Assembly (NCBI RefSeq): GCF_963921235.1
Contig: NC_086097.1
Location: 43,154,001-43,218,000, forward strand
Length of the DNA stretch: 64,000 bases
From: Mobula hypostoma
Lineage: Eukaryota
Reading direction: 5' to 3'
In this document: one piece after another, positions 23,631 to 35,474 of the stretch
Layout: each line of letters starts with the position of its first letter
How positions within the stretch are numbered: position 1 is the stretch's first letter
Notes under the pieces: generated by a model
What the model was told of the DNA's origin: nothing
Databases searched by the model: none
Seen by the model: only the letters and a program-made list of their open reading frames with translations
Made by a program: the position numbers and the translations under genes

Positions 23631-24128
23631 TCATCCTCGTTTTTCCCATTTCATATTCTGGTTACCCTCTACCCCTTCTCATCTGGCCATCACCTCGCTC
23701 TGGTTCCTCTTCGGCTCTTTATCTTTTCTACTTATCCATGCATCTTCTTACTTGCCCCCACCCCCTTCCCCTCACCTAATCTCACTTATCACCTGACAGC
23801 ATGTACTCTTTCCCCTCCCCCCACCGCCTTGTTCTGACTTCTGCCCTGTTCTTTCCAGTCCCAGTGTAGGGTTTTGGCCCACACTTGACTGTTTATTCCC
23901 CTCCATGTAGCTCTTGACTGGTGAAGAATTGTAGGATCTGGATGAGAGGAAAACAGTGAAAGCTGGATTCAATTCTGCAATAGTGTTTTTCAGTGGACAG
24001 GTATCTAAACACAGATAAGGAAAGGAGAACACTGTATCTTTCATTTGAGAGCAGCCTCTCTGAAGTGATCATGAAAAACCTTTCTTGCCAAATGAATACC
24101 TATTAATAGTAACATTATTTCCTCACAG

Positions 24129-24246
24129 GAAGAAGAAATTCACAACGGGTGATGTTCCTCAGTCCATGTCAGGAAGTTGTGCAGCTTGTGTGGATGGAGT
24201 GCTGTATTTGTTTGGAGGGCATTATGCCATAGGCAACTCAAATGAG
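24129..24246 (+). CDS. KLHDC2: KLHDC2 coding exon 3
   Basis: CACAG| KKKFTTGDVPQSMSGSCAACVDGVLYLFGGHYAIGNSNE |GTAGTT. Confidence 0.93.
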
Positions 24247-24389
24247 GTAGTTTTAAATTTACTGAGTTAGAATGCTGCTGTGATTAACTATTGTTTTTTA
24301 ATATTGTGAGAAAACTGATTTTTAAAAAGCATTAACACATGCACACTTATATTTAAAAACAGACGGTCATATGGCTTGCACCTTCTGTT

Positions 24390-26640
24390 CAAGATTCAAG
24401 ACTGTTAAGAACACAATGATTGTTACTTTGGATCTGATGCAGCTGAGAACACAGTAATAAAGCACAATGTTAATACATAAGAATGGCTTGTATATGTTTT
24501 GTATGTATGTAAAGTGACACTAAGTGCAGGAGTATCTGTACCTCAGATGACTGCCAGGAAATGATAAAGTAGTGGTGGTGGGTAAGTTAATGATCAGCCT
24601 GACAACTTGGGGTAAGTAACTGTTTTTGATTGTGGTGGTCCTAGCATAGAGGCTGTGTAGCCTCTCCTCTGATAACCATGAGCTGGGTGGGTGGAATCCT
24701 TCAGGATTTTTGCTGGCCTTTTTCCAACACTTTTATATGTCCTTCATGGTGGGAAGGCTGGTGTCAGTAATGTATTGGGTAGCTTTAGCTGCTCATTGTA
24801 GAGCCTTCCTGTCCATTGCAGTACAGTTTTCACACCATGCAGAGGTGCAGCACATTAGGATGTTCTCAACTGCACATTCAGTAGAAGGTTGTGAGTATTG
24901 ATGTCCATTCTCCAGCTCTTCTCAGATGTTCAAGTTTATCATCATCTACTGTATGTACGTTTGTATATACAACCAAATGAAACAAATTCCTCCAAACTAC
25001 AGTGCACCCACAAGACGTATGGTATATCACAGACAGCACATAAAACAAAAATTATCACAAATAAGTTAATAAAATATCATTCAAAATGCATGTAAAGAGT
25101 ACAGCACAGGTAAACAGTACCCTAGTGATACGACCTTAGTGGTGGCAGGGTATTCATTAGTTTCTCAGCTTGGGGGAAGAAGCTGTTACCCAGTCTGGCA
25201 GTCCTAGTCCTGCTGCTCCAGAACCTCCTTCCTGACAGTAGTGGCCAAAGAGATTGTGCAATGGATGGTAGGGATCCTCAACAATACCTCAAAGTTCAAA
25301 GTAAATTTATTATCAAAGTACATACAACCCTGAGATTCATTTTCTTATGGGCATACTTAATAAATTGGCTGGCTGGTGGTGTAGTGATATCTGCACCAGA
25401 CTTGAAGGCCAGGGTTTGAATCCAGCTGATTCCTTGCATGCTTTCCATCCATTCTGGGTTGAGCATCAAGCTAGCAAATCAGCCTCGTAATTTTTTAAAA
25501 AAAACAGACAATGCTAAAGTATGGCAAGGTTGCTGCCTGATGCACCATAAGGCACAGAGGAACAACAACAATATAATAAATCTATAGAATAACAACAATA
25601 ACAGATTTACTGAAAAACTGCCCAACTTGGCAGTATAGCAGACAACAAACTGTCGAATACAAAAAGAAATAAACAATAATAAATAAGCAACAGATATTAA
25701 GAACATGAGATGAATAGTCCTCGAAAGTGAGTCTCCACATCTGATCCTCCGATGATCTCTGGTTTCCTTCTCTTGAAGTCAATAATCGGCTCCTTGGTCT
25801 TGCTGACATTGAGTGAGAGGTTGGTGTTTTGGCACCGCTCAGCCAGATTTTCAGTCTCTTCCCTATATGCTGATTCATCATCACCTTTGATTTAGCCTAC
25901 GACAGTGGTGTTAACAGTGATCTTGAATAGGGCATTGGAGCTGTGCTTAGGCACGCAGTGTAAAGAGAGACTAAGAGAGTAGAGCAGGAGACTAAGCACA
26001 TAGCCTTGTAGTGCACTTGTGCTGATGGAGATTATGGAGGAGATGTTATTGATCTGCAAGTGAGGAAATCGAGGATCCAATTGCATAAGGAGATATTGAG
26101 GCCAAGGTTATTGATTAGTTTTGAGGGGATGATGGTATTGAATGCTCGGCTGTAGTTGAAGTGCATCCTGCCCTTCATTTACAATGCTTCTGGCCAATTG
26201 ATATGATCCATTACCAGCCACTCAAAACACTTAATGATTGTTGAAATCCTTGCCACTGGGCAGTAATCACTTAGGCCTGTTACTGTCACTTTCTTGGACA
26301 ACAGGATGATGGTGGTTGCCTTGAAGCCTGGAGGTACAGTAGACTGTTGCAAAGATGTTAAAGATGTCCATTAAGACCTCTGTTAGCAGAGCCGCACAGT
26401 TCCTCAGGAGTTGACCAGATATGTTGTCCAGCCCCACAGCTATGTGTGGGTTTACCCTGGCTAGGATCCTCCTCACCTCCTCGGCTGTGGCCAGACAGGG
26501 TGCCCGTTCTTTGAGGGAGAGGGTCTTTTCCTCTATGTCACATTATTCATTATATCAAATTGTATATAGAAGGCATTCAGCCTTTCAGGGAAGGAGGCAC
26601 CACTCTCATTGACGCACAGGGTGGTCTTGTAATCTTAACA
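24390..26640 (-). mobile_element. Cluster of decayed Rex1/Babar-type LINE fragments, with a SINE-like insert near 25370-25570
   Basis: Minus peptides ILARVNPHIAVGLDNISGQLLRNCA..LTEVLMDIFN and STSALQGYVLSLLLYSL. The insert has a tRNA-like head and an (AAC)n tail. Confidence 0.6.
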
Positions 26641-27209
26641 GCACATTATCACAACAGATTACATGACAGAAAGTAGAGGCATAAATTGTTTGGTGGTGAG
26701 GCTAGGGCCATATGCTGAGAGAATTCCACATTTCCCTCTGTGTGAAATTCCCCTTGAATGGTCTGGCTCTCATTTAAAATTATTTCCTCTTGTCCTAGAA
26801 TTGTGCACCAGAGCATGTAGTTTCTCTAATAGCTGAACATCGGCAGTTAATATCCTATTAATAACCAAGTTTTAAACTATAGGGTGATATAGCTATAGGT
26901 TAAACTATAGAATAGTGGTAGCTGTATTTTTTTTGTATACTTGCCCAGAGTCTTCCTATTTGGATATATTTTATAGGTAAAATTTGTCCCTTGTTGCTGT
27001 CCTATCATATAGCAGTAACCACTATAATATGATTGTTATGTTCTCAAAAATCTGGACAGGAAGAAGTGATAATACCTTTAATGTTATTATTATTGATTGA
27101 GATTACAGATTTGAGTTTTTTTAATTGCATTGTTCTCATTTAAATCATTTGACATCAATGCCATAAAGTAGGCTTCAGCCTAATATACTACTTTTTCATC
27201 TCTCTGTAG

Positions 27210-27328
27210 TTATATATGTTAAATCTGAGATCCAAAGACAGAATACTGCATTGGCAGAGAATAGAAAACTTCAAAGGAATGCGACCAACACCCAAAGATA
27301 AGCTTGGCTGCTGGGTGTACAAGAACAA
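27210..27328 (+). CDS. KLHDC2: KLHDC2 coding exon 4
   Basis: CTGTAG| LYMLNLRSKDRILHWQRIENFKGMRPTPKDKLGCWVYKN(K) |GTGAGT. Not in the ORF track; translated manually. Confidence 0.92.
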
Positions 27329-27429
27329 GTGAGTACATGATTAATCAACAGATAGAGATGATGAACAGTGTGAATTGGAGAAGTCCTAATAGTAATTATG
27401 CATATTCTAAACAAGTATAATAAAGTTTG

Positions 27430-27615
27430 CAAACAACAGGAATTCTGCAGATGCTGGAAATTCAAGCAACACTAATAAAAGTTGCTGGTGAATGCAGCAG
27501 GCCAGGCAGCATCTCTAGGAAGAGGTGCAGTCCTGACGAAGGGTCTTGGCCTGAAACGTCGACTGCACCTCTTCCTAGAGATGCTGCCTGGCCTGCTAGG
27601 TTCACCAGCAACTTT
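27430..27615 (+). mobile_element. Short inverted Penelope-derived insertion carrying a hammerhead-ribozyme core
   Basis: Flanked by a 14-bp direct repeat TATAATAAAGTTTG (27416-29 and 27616-29). 58-bp inverted arms surround CTGACGA...GAAACGTC. Confidence 0.8.
27533..27560 (+). ncRNA. Minimal type-I hammerhead ribozyme core (putative)
   Basis: CUGACGA, short helix II (AGG/CCU), GAAA, palindromic ACGU and GUC cleavage triplet, closed by helix I. Confidence 0.6.
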
Positions 27616-27628
27616 TATAATAAAGTTT

Positions 27629-28648
27629 GGCCACTTTATTAGGTACAGGAGTGGAACCCAGTGTGGTCAATTTAAATGCCAGCCCAGATCGAAGGTGAGA
27701 GCCGATTTTGCTCACTGCACAAAATCTTCACTCCTTTATCCAGGGTGTGGGGCCTTTCGCTGTTCTGTTGTTGGCTCAATTCAAACGCCCGCCCAGATAG
27801 ACTGAAAAGGGTGTCGGTTGGGACGAGAACCGACCTCACTTGCTCTCTGCGAAGGTCACCCCTCCCTCCATAGTGCCGAGGCTATGAAGACTGCCCCGGC
27901 TGCTGTGCTCTGTGCCCACTAATATGAACTGACTAGCAAGGCTTTGGGCCTACTCCGGGCTGCTCTGGGGTTCAGATCTGAGGGCTCAGTTTTGGTTGGG
28001 AATGCTGTTGTTGTTCGCTTCAATTGTTTGGATGATTTTTTTTTTCTTTCTCTTTCACATAGCCTTGGTCTTTTACTTTTATTTTTATTTTTTTTCTTTA
28101 ATTGGATTCTTTTGGGTTTCTTGCTTTGTGGCTACCTGTGAGCAAGCAAATCTCAAGGTTGTATAATTTATACATTCTTTGATGATAAATGAATCTTGAA
28201 TCTTCTGCTGCTGTAGCCCACTCATTTCAAGGTTCAATGCGTTGTGCATGCAGAGATGCTCTTCTGTGCACCACTGTTGCAACACGTAGTTATTTGAGTT
28301 ACTGTTGCCTTCCTGTCAGCTTGAACCAGTGACACGCTCTCATTAACAGTGTTTTCATCCACAGAACTGATACTGGATGTTTTTGTTTCTTGCTGCATTC
28401 TCTGTAAGCCCTAGAGACTGTTGTGTGTGAACATCCCAGGAGATCATTCTGGTACCAACAATAGTTCTGTGGTCAAAGTCACTTAGATCACATTTCTTCC
28501 CTGTTCAGATCAACCATCTGAATAAGGGCTGAACCTATTGATATGTCTGAATGCTTTTATGCACTGAGTTGCTGCCATAATTAGCTGATTAGATATTTGT
28601 ATTAATGAGCAGGTGTATAGATGTACCTAATAAAGTGGGCACCAAGTG
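27629..28648. mobile_element. Tc1-like non-autonomous DNA transposon containing a nested retro-derived insert at about 27670-28200
   Basis: GGCCACTTTATTAGGTAC ... GTACCTAATAAAGTGG..GTG|TA termini. Homologous to 34611-35100. The nested insert ends in ATAAATGAATCTTGAATCT. Confidence 0.7.
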
Positions 28649-28942
28649 TATGTGATGTTTTGGTTGAATGTGACTTTATTGTAATTACTACTTTGACCTT
28701 TTGAATAAATAAGTGAACATGAAGACCCCAAGATAAGTTCCAGAAAGATTCAATCTGTTTTCAGTTAATTCTTCATATTTGTTAAGCAGGATGATTTTAG
28801 TAAATGCATAAGGTAAATAACATATTAAAAATACACAATTGTCTCCAAAATGAAAGAAATCTAAAGGTATGATAAAAATTGTTGATTTAAAGATTCTTAG
28901 ATTTTTTTTTTGGAAACTAAAGTCCAGTCAATTTAGGAAATT

Positions 28943-29676
28943 TATAGCATTAATGGTAAGACTCTTGGCAGTGTGGAGGATCAGAGGGATCTTGGGGTCC
29001 GAGTCCATAGGACACACAAAGCTGCTGCGCAGGTTGACTCTGTGGTTAAGAAAGCAGACGGTGTATTGGCCCTTATCAATCATGGGATTGAGTTTAAGAG
29101 CCGAAAGGTAATGTTGCAGCTATATAGGACCTGGTCAAACCCCACTTGGAGTACTGTGCTCAGTTTTGGTCACCTCACTACGGGAGGGATGTGGAAACTA
29201 TAGAAAGGGTGCAGAGGAGATTTACAAGGATGTTGCCTGGATTGGGGAGCATGCCTTATGAGAATAGGTTGAGTGAACTCGGCCTTTTCTCCTTGGAGCG
29301 ATGGAGGATGAGAGGTGACTTGATAGGGGTGTACAAGATAATGAGAGGCATTGATCGTGTGGGTAGTCAGAGGCTTTTCCCCAGGGCTGAAATGGTTAGC
29401 ACGAGAGGGCATAATTTTAAGGTGCTTGGAAGTAGGTACAGAGGAGATGTCAGGGGTAAGATTTTTTACGCAAAGAGTGGTGAGTGTGTGGAATGGGCTG
29501 CCGGCGGCGGTGGTGGAGGTGGAAATGATAGGGTCTTTTAAGAGACTCCTGTATGGGTACATGGAGCTTAGAGGGCTGCGGGTAAAGCCTAGGTAGTTCT
29601 AAGGTAGGGACATGTTCGGCACAGCTTTGTGGGCCGAAGGGCCTGTATTGTGCTGTAGGTTTTCTATGTTTCTATG
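28943..29676 (+). mobile_element. CR1 LINE family A, 3' fragment
   Basis: EYCAQFWSPHY...ERVQRRFTRMLPGL; TTCTATGT tail; possible AAATTT TSD. Confidence 0.9.
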
Positions 29677-29814
29677 AAAATTTCATGTAATAGCAAAGGT
29701 GAGAGCAAAGGATACTCACTGAAGATTGACAACACGGCGACATGGTAACAAAATTTTGAAAATCTTAAAAACAAAATCCTATTTATTCATTTATTGCATT
29801 GGTATAAAACTGCA

Positions 29815-30072
29815 TCTTTGACTGTCCCAAGCCCAGCTGTGAAAGCAGGAGGACTGGGCATGGGGCTAGCAATCCCATCCCATAAAATCGCAGTGATACA
29901 GAAACGCAACAAAACTCCAAACACCTCATCCCTAGGGAAGGAAGGTTACACCAAAAAGATGAGCTACACATGGGCAATCTTGAAAGACTGGCCCAGGACA
30001 GAAGATTCTGGCAAGCTGCTACTGATGGCCGATAGCCCAGTAGGGTTATATTTGATGGGTTTAAGACGATGA
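29815..30072 (+). mobile_element. Short non-autonomous RTE-like retroelement (5'UTR-like segment fused to 3'-end-like segment)
   Basis: GGGCATGGGGCTAGCAATCCCATCCCATAAAA resembles RTE 5'UTR; GCCCAGGACAGA...GATGGGTTTAAG resembles an RTE 3' end. Confidence 0.4.
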
Positions 30073-30526
30073 CGGCATTGGTATAACATTTGTCAGTATG
30101 GGGGGAAAAAAATCAATAAATTTATTGATCTTTCATGGTCATGAATAGATTAATAGAAAGGAATCAATTATCCTTTTCATGGTCATTAACAGATACAGAA
30201 ACAGATACTTCGGCCCACTATGTCTGTGCCCATCAATTACCCATTTTTACCCTCATCCTCCCAGCATTCCTATCAGTTCATGCCTAGATTCTAGACATTC
30301 AGGGCAATTAACCTACAGACCTGTTAACTTATTGAACTGTAGGAGGAAGACTGTGTTGTCAAAGGGAGAACATGCAAACTTCACTTTGAGGCACCAGGAG
30401 GTCGGGATTGAACCTTGATTGTTGGAGCAATGAGACTGCTGATCGAAAAATGGTGACTTTATAAATTCTATCCTGCCTCACCTGCTTTGCCTATCTCATT
30501 GTAATTACTGCTAATTTTTCTTCCAG

Positions 30527-30608
30527 AGTGATTTTCTTTGGTGGCTATGGTTATCAACCTCAAGAGAAATGCCATGGATCATTTGAATTTGATGAATCAT
30601 CATTTTGG
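30527..30608 (+). CDS. KLHDC2: KLHDC2 coding exon 5
   Basis: TTCCAG| VIFFGGYGYQPQEKCHGSFEFDESSFW |GTAAAT. Confidence 0.93.
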
Positions 30609-30691
30609 GTAAATAGTTCTTTATGTTATTTTGAGAATGTCTTCCTTTGTGTCACTAAACAGTAGGTTGAAACTGTTAATGTTTGTTTCAG

Positions 30692-30775
30692 AATGCAAGT
30701 CATCCAAGAGGCTGGAATAATCACGTCCACATTATTGATCTTGAAACTTTTACATGGTCCCAGCCCCTTACAAAG
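30692..30775 (+). CDS. KLHDC2: KLHDC2 coding exon 6
   Basis: TTTCAG| NASHPRGWNNHVHIIDLETFTWSQPLTK |GTATCC. Confidence 0.93.
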
Positions 30776-31059
30776 GTATCCATTCTTTTAAAAATGCATA
30801 AAAACAGTAGCTATGGGGGGAGGGTAGGGACAGAAGATTCTGAAAATACACAGGATGGCAGACCGCATCTGTGAGGAGATAAACTGAGTTGGTGTTTCCT
30901 AGTCATCAGAACCAGGAAAAATCTAGAAAACTAACACACTGTACTTAAGGCCAGTGAGTTTGATGTTGGTGGTGGGTAAGGGGATTCTGAGAGACAATCC
31001 ACCACTGTTTGGAGAGACCGGTTCTGATCCGGGACATCCCAACTTTGTGTGTGGGAAGT

Positions 31060-31900
31060 TATGTGTCTGCAAATCTCATATTTCTTAAAGAAGGTGACCA
31101 AGAGCATGGATTAGGGTAGGGAGTGGATGTTATCTATATGGACCTTAAAAGACCTTTGACAAGGTCCCTCATGGCAGGCTAATCTGGAAGGTTTTTTGCG
31201 AGGGAACATGGGGTGGGGTGGGGAGGTAGCGTATTGGCTTAGTGATAGGAAGCAGAGGGCGATAGTTAAGGGTTGTTCCTCAGACTGGAGACCTATGCTA
31301 CTGGTGTGTAACAGGTGATGGTGGTGGGACCTTTGTAATTTATATAAATGATTTGGATGTGAATATACAAGACATGGTCACTAAGTTTGAGAATGATACT
31401 GAAACGGGTGGTGTAGATGTTAGAAAACTATGAAAAAGTAGAGGGATATTGGTCGTCTAGTTATGTGGGCTGAGAATTGCCAAGTGGCTTTCAATCTAGA
31501 GTAATGTGAGGTATTGCATTTTCGGAGATGAAGCCAGTATAGGGCTTGGTACAGTGAATTGTAGGGTCTGAGAGATTGTTATGATAGAGCGACCAAGGAG
31601 TTACAAGTGCATAGTTCATTGAAAGTGGCTTCACAGGCAGATATGCTGGTGAAGGTGATATTTAGCACACTAGACTTTGTCAGTCAGGGCACCGAGTATA
31701 GGAGCTGGGAAGTTGTCGCAGTTTTATAAGATATTGGTGAGGCTAAACTTGGTTATGTACAATTTTGGTCTCTGTTATAGGACAGAAGTTGTCAAGCTAG
31801 AATGAGTGCAGAAAAAAATTGTTGGAAGATTTAGGATGGAAGAGGTTGTGGGCCAAACACGAGTAGAATGAGACTTGCTCACTAGGCAACAAAGTTGGCA
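31060..31900 (+). mobile_element. Decayed CR1 LINE RT fragment
   Basis: Residual YMD..FDKVPHGRL-coding (about 31135-31180) and YINDLD-coding (about 31342) segments. Confidence 0.65.
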
Positions 31901-32191
31901 TGGACCATTTAGGCGTCTTTTGACTCATTTCTGCATTCCAATGAAAGACTTGAAAACATTCACTCTATTTCTCTATCCAGAGATGCTGACTGAGCTGCAT
32001 CTGCATTTCCAGCACTTTTGAGTTTTATTTCTCATCTGTTTTTCTTTGCACAATTAGTCTGTTGCAGTATTTTCTACTGTGTAACATTTATTTGGTTAGA
32101 ATGATTTCACCAGCACCCAATAGCTCCCCAAAATAGCAGTACTATTCTTTCAGTGGTAGTAGGTCATAATGTGTACTATTGTATTAAATAG

Positions 32192-32272
32192 GGAAAGCCC
32201 CCCACACCTAGAGCAGCTCATGCTTGTGCAACAGTTGGGAACCGCGGTTACGTATTTGGAGGAAGATATCAG
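32192..32272 (+). CDS. KLHDC2: KLHDC2 coding exon 7
   Basis: AAATAG| GKPPTPRAAHACATVGNRGYVFGGRYQ |GTACGT, a kelch repeat. Confidence 0.93.
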
Positions 32273-34137
32273 GTACGTTATTTGATTAACCTTCCAGCAA
32301 AATATTGAGTTGATTCTGTAATATTTATAATGAAAACATTGGAAGCATTGCACTTGGTGGAAATTTTGGGCAGATCTTCAGCTATCCGAACATTACTGGC
32401 CTGCTGCCTGCCTTTAGATGATGTTACTACTACAAACAGCAGCAGTGCAGTCTAATGTTAGTCCTGACAACCAATGAGAGCCACCCTGCACCATCCTCAT
32501 CCCTGTTTCACCCACTGCTCACTCCCCACACAGTTCTTTTCATGTTCTTTAGCTAAATAAAAAATATTTTTTAAAAGATCTGTTCCTAAAAGCAAACACA
32601 CTTAGAAGTATTTAATAGAGCTTAAGTTTTACAAACTAAGTCTTCCCTTGCATTTGTCCCATTCATTTAAATGGGGCTGTTGCATTTGTGCCTGCTTTGA
32701 ACTGGCACAAGTTCAGCACTTCGATTTAGAAGCCTAAGGGGAGGACAGTGGAGTAAAAGATGCTGTTGATATTTTAAGCTTATTGCCAATATTCTAAACA
32801 CCAGGATTTCTGCAAAATGCGTAGGTGAGTCGTGGTATAGACTCTTGACATTAGAGATTAACGTCTTTTTTAACAAGGTATTGTAACTTAAATTGATTTA
32901 AATGATCAAAAATTGACATTAAATGGAAATGAGTACATGATCCTCAAAACTACAAGCATATAGCAAATTGAATTCCAATTTAGTAAATGTGCATGGAACA
33001 GAAATATAGAATTTCAGGACAATTTTTACAGCTGAGAGGGTCTTCTGAACCCTTCTTATGACTTTTTCTTGTTGCCACTTCAAACAAATTCTGTAATTAT
33101 GGGTCACTGGTTCTGCAGTCGGGTCCACCCAAGACAGGCTTTTCTTTTTAGGGGAGGCAATCTGGCACCCTTACTAGACTGTCCTACAAATGATTCCAGA
33201 TCAGCAACAATGTGATTTTAATTTTTAACTCTCTTCTGAAATGATCTAGCAAGCCACTTGGTTGCATCAAATCTGCTACATTAAAACAAATTAAGAATAT
33301 AACCCAAGTGGATCTCCCAACTAGAATTTGGGTATCTTAAAATGTTATTCTGTCCAGTAGTCTCCTGCGTGGCATCTAATCTAAGATTTCCAAGTCCAAA
33401 TACACCACATCTACTGGTTTGCTATAGTGTCATACGACATGGGAACAGGTTGTTCAGACCACTGTTTGTATGCCAGCCGTCAGTTCTAATCCCATTTCCC
33501 AGCACGTAACCTGTAGCATTCTGCCACTCAACTGCTGTCGAAATACTTGAATATTGTCACTGTACCTGCCTCTGACCAGCATTATATATGCTACACCAGT
33601 GCTCAGTACAGAGGGAGTCCAACTATCTATCTTCAACATTCAATAGTGTCATATTGTTGAATACTCCATCTTTAACATCCAGGGAAGTCAATACTAAAAA
33701 CCTGAAAGTGACTACCTAAGTCAAAAAAATTAGTTATTCTACTGCAAGTGAATGTGCCTTTTCATAACCCAAAGCATTACCCCTTTCTACAGATCACAAG
33801 TTAGGAGAGTGATTGAACACTTTCATTAAGTATTCTTTCCCGCACTATTAGTGCAGCTTGGCTGCCAATGTATAGCATTGATAGCATATAAATGTGTTTC
33901 TTTCCACTGTGGATAATCCTTACTTTCTTCTCTGCACTCATTGTATATCTGTACAATGAAAGAAACTATGAAGTAGTAAAGTTAACTTTGCATTGAAGTA
34001 ACAGACAATTTAAATCAAAATTTTCCATTGCAAGTTTTTCTCAAGGGATACGTCTATTCCAGTAACAAAACATTGCATTGTGTCATTTATAAATCAACAT
34101 TCACTCATGTACTTCTTTCCCACCATTTCTATTTAAG

Positions 34138-34196
34138 GATGTCAGGACCAATGATCTCTATTACCTTGACTTGGACAGATGGGAATGGAATGAAGT
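34138..34196 (+). CDS. KLHDC2: KLHDC2 coding exon 8
   Basis: TTTAAG| DVRTNDLYYLDLDRWEWNE(V) |GTATGT. Confidence 0.92.
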
Positions 34197-34610
34197 GTAT
34201 GTAATTTATTTTGTATTTTACAAGTGATTTCCAACCCTTACTAAACTCTACACTCTCACAGTCAAGAATACTGATCAACTAACACTCCCACGCCGCCCTC
34301 AACCCCCACCCCAAAAAAAGCTGCTGTTGATGTTACAAAGCACTCCTCCTGAGGATTTGGGGGTGTTTTGGGCACTCTCAATAACTGCTTTGTCTGGGGC
34401 AGCTAGGGCATTAAGTAAATGTTTATGTATTTTTGCTACTAATGAAATTGTTCAATATTATGAAAATCTTGCCACCATCTGTAAACTATCCCTTTTCCTC
34501 CTCCCATGAGGAAATTGGTGTACTCGGAACTGGGAACTGCTATTTTACATGATAGTTAATTGCTGAATTAGTTACCACCACGTTTCCCCAGCTTCCTCAA
34601 CCTCAATATA

Positions 34611-35100
34611 CACTCAGTGGCCACTTTATTATGTACTTCCTGTGCCTAATGGCCACTGAATGTATGTTCATAGTCTTCTGTAGCCCTTACTTTTCAAGCT
34701 TCGAGCTGTGCATTCAGAGATGCTCTTCTGCACACCACTGTTGTAACACATGGTTACTTAAGTTACTAGTGTCTTCCTGTCAGCTTGAACCAGTCTGACC
34801 ATTCTCCTCTGATCTCTCTCAATAACAAGGTGCTTTTGCCCACAGAACTGCCACTCACTGGATGTTTTTGCTTTTCGCACCATTCTCTCTAAACTCTAGA
34901 GACTATGTGTGAAAATCCCAGGAGATCAGTAGTCTGGCACTAACAATCATTCTATGGTCAAAACCTTGTTATTTTTTTTTGGGTTTGAACGAAAATTAAA
35001 CCTCTTGACTTAACTTTTATGCTTTGAATTGCTGCCAGGATTGGCTGGTTAGATATCTGTATTAATGAGCATGTGTAACTAATAAAGTGGCCACAGAATG
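34611..35100. mobile_element. Tc1-like non-autonomous DNA transposon
   Basis: TA|CACTCAGTGGCCACTTTATT ... AATAAAGTGGCCACAGAATG TIRs. Same family as 27629-28648. Confidence 0.75.
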
Positions 35101-35474
35101 ATGTGCCTGAGATTTTCTTTCAGCCTTAAGTTGCTTATAGGAGCACCTCTGTGGATGAAAATGCCAACAGTTTCTTTGTGTGATAGTCTCAGCCATTGAG
35201 TGCCTCATGGAACTTATTAAAGTGAACTCTTTGTGAGCCTTTTACTCTATAGGCTATTGAGACCTCCAGAGCGTCCCACCCAAGTTTGTTTAATCTCCAC
35301 CTGACATCTACATGTGACCAATCGTTTGAATGCAGGAAACCAAGTTGTGTTTTCACTCTAGAGTGGTGTGGCCATTTATAAAGCTGCCATCATCACAGTG
35401 GCTGAAAACTACCGACTGACCATTACGTTTAGAACTTCCTGAAGTTTCTCGTTCATAAACCTAATAATTTTGCT

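Noticed and set aside
30776..32191. Donor GTATCCAT resembles a U12-type 5' splice site, and the acceptor lacks a strong pyrimidine tract
   Set aside because: It mismatches the GTATCCTT consensus, and no TCCTTAAC-like branch point is visible before 32191. Treated as U2-type.
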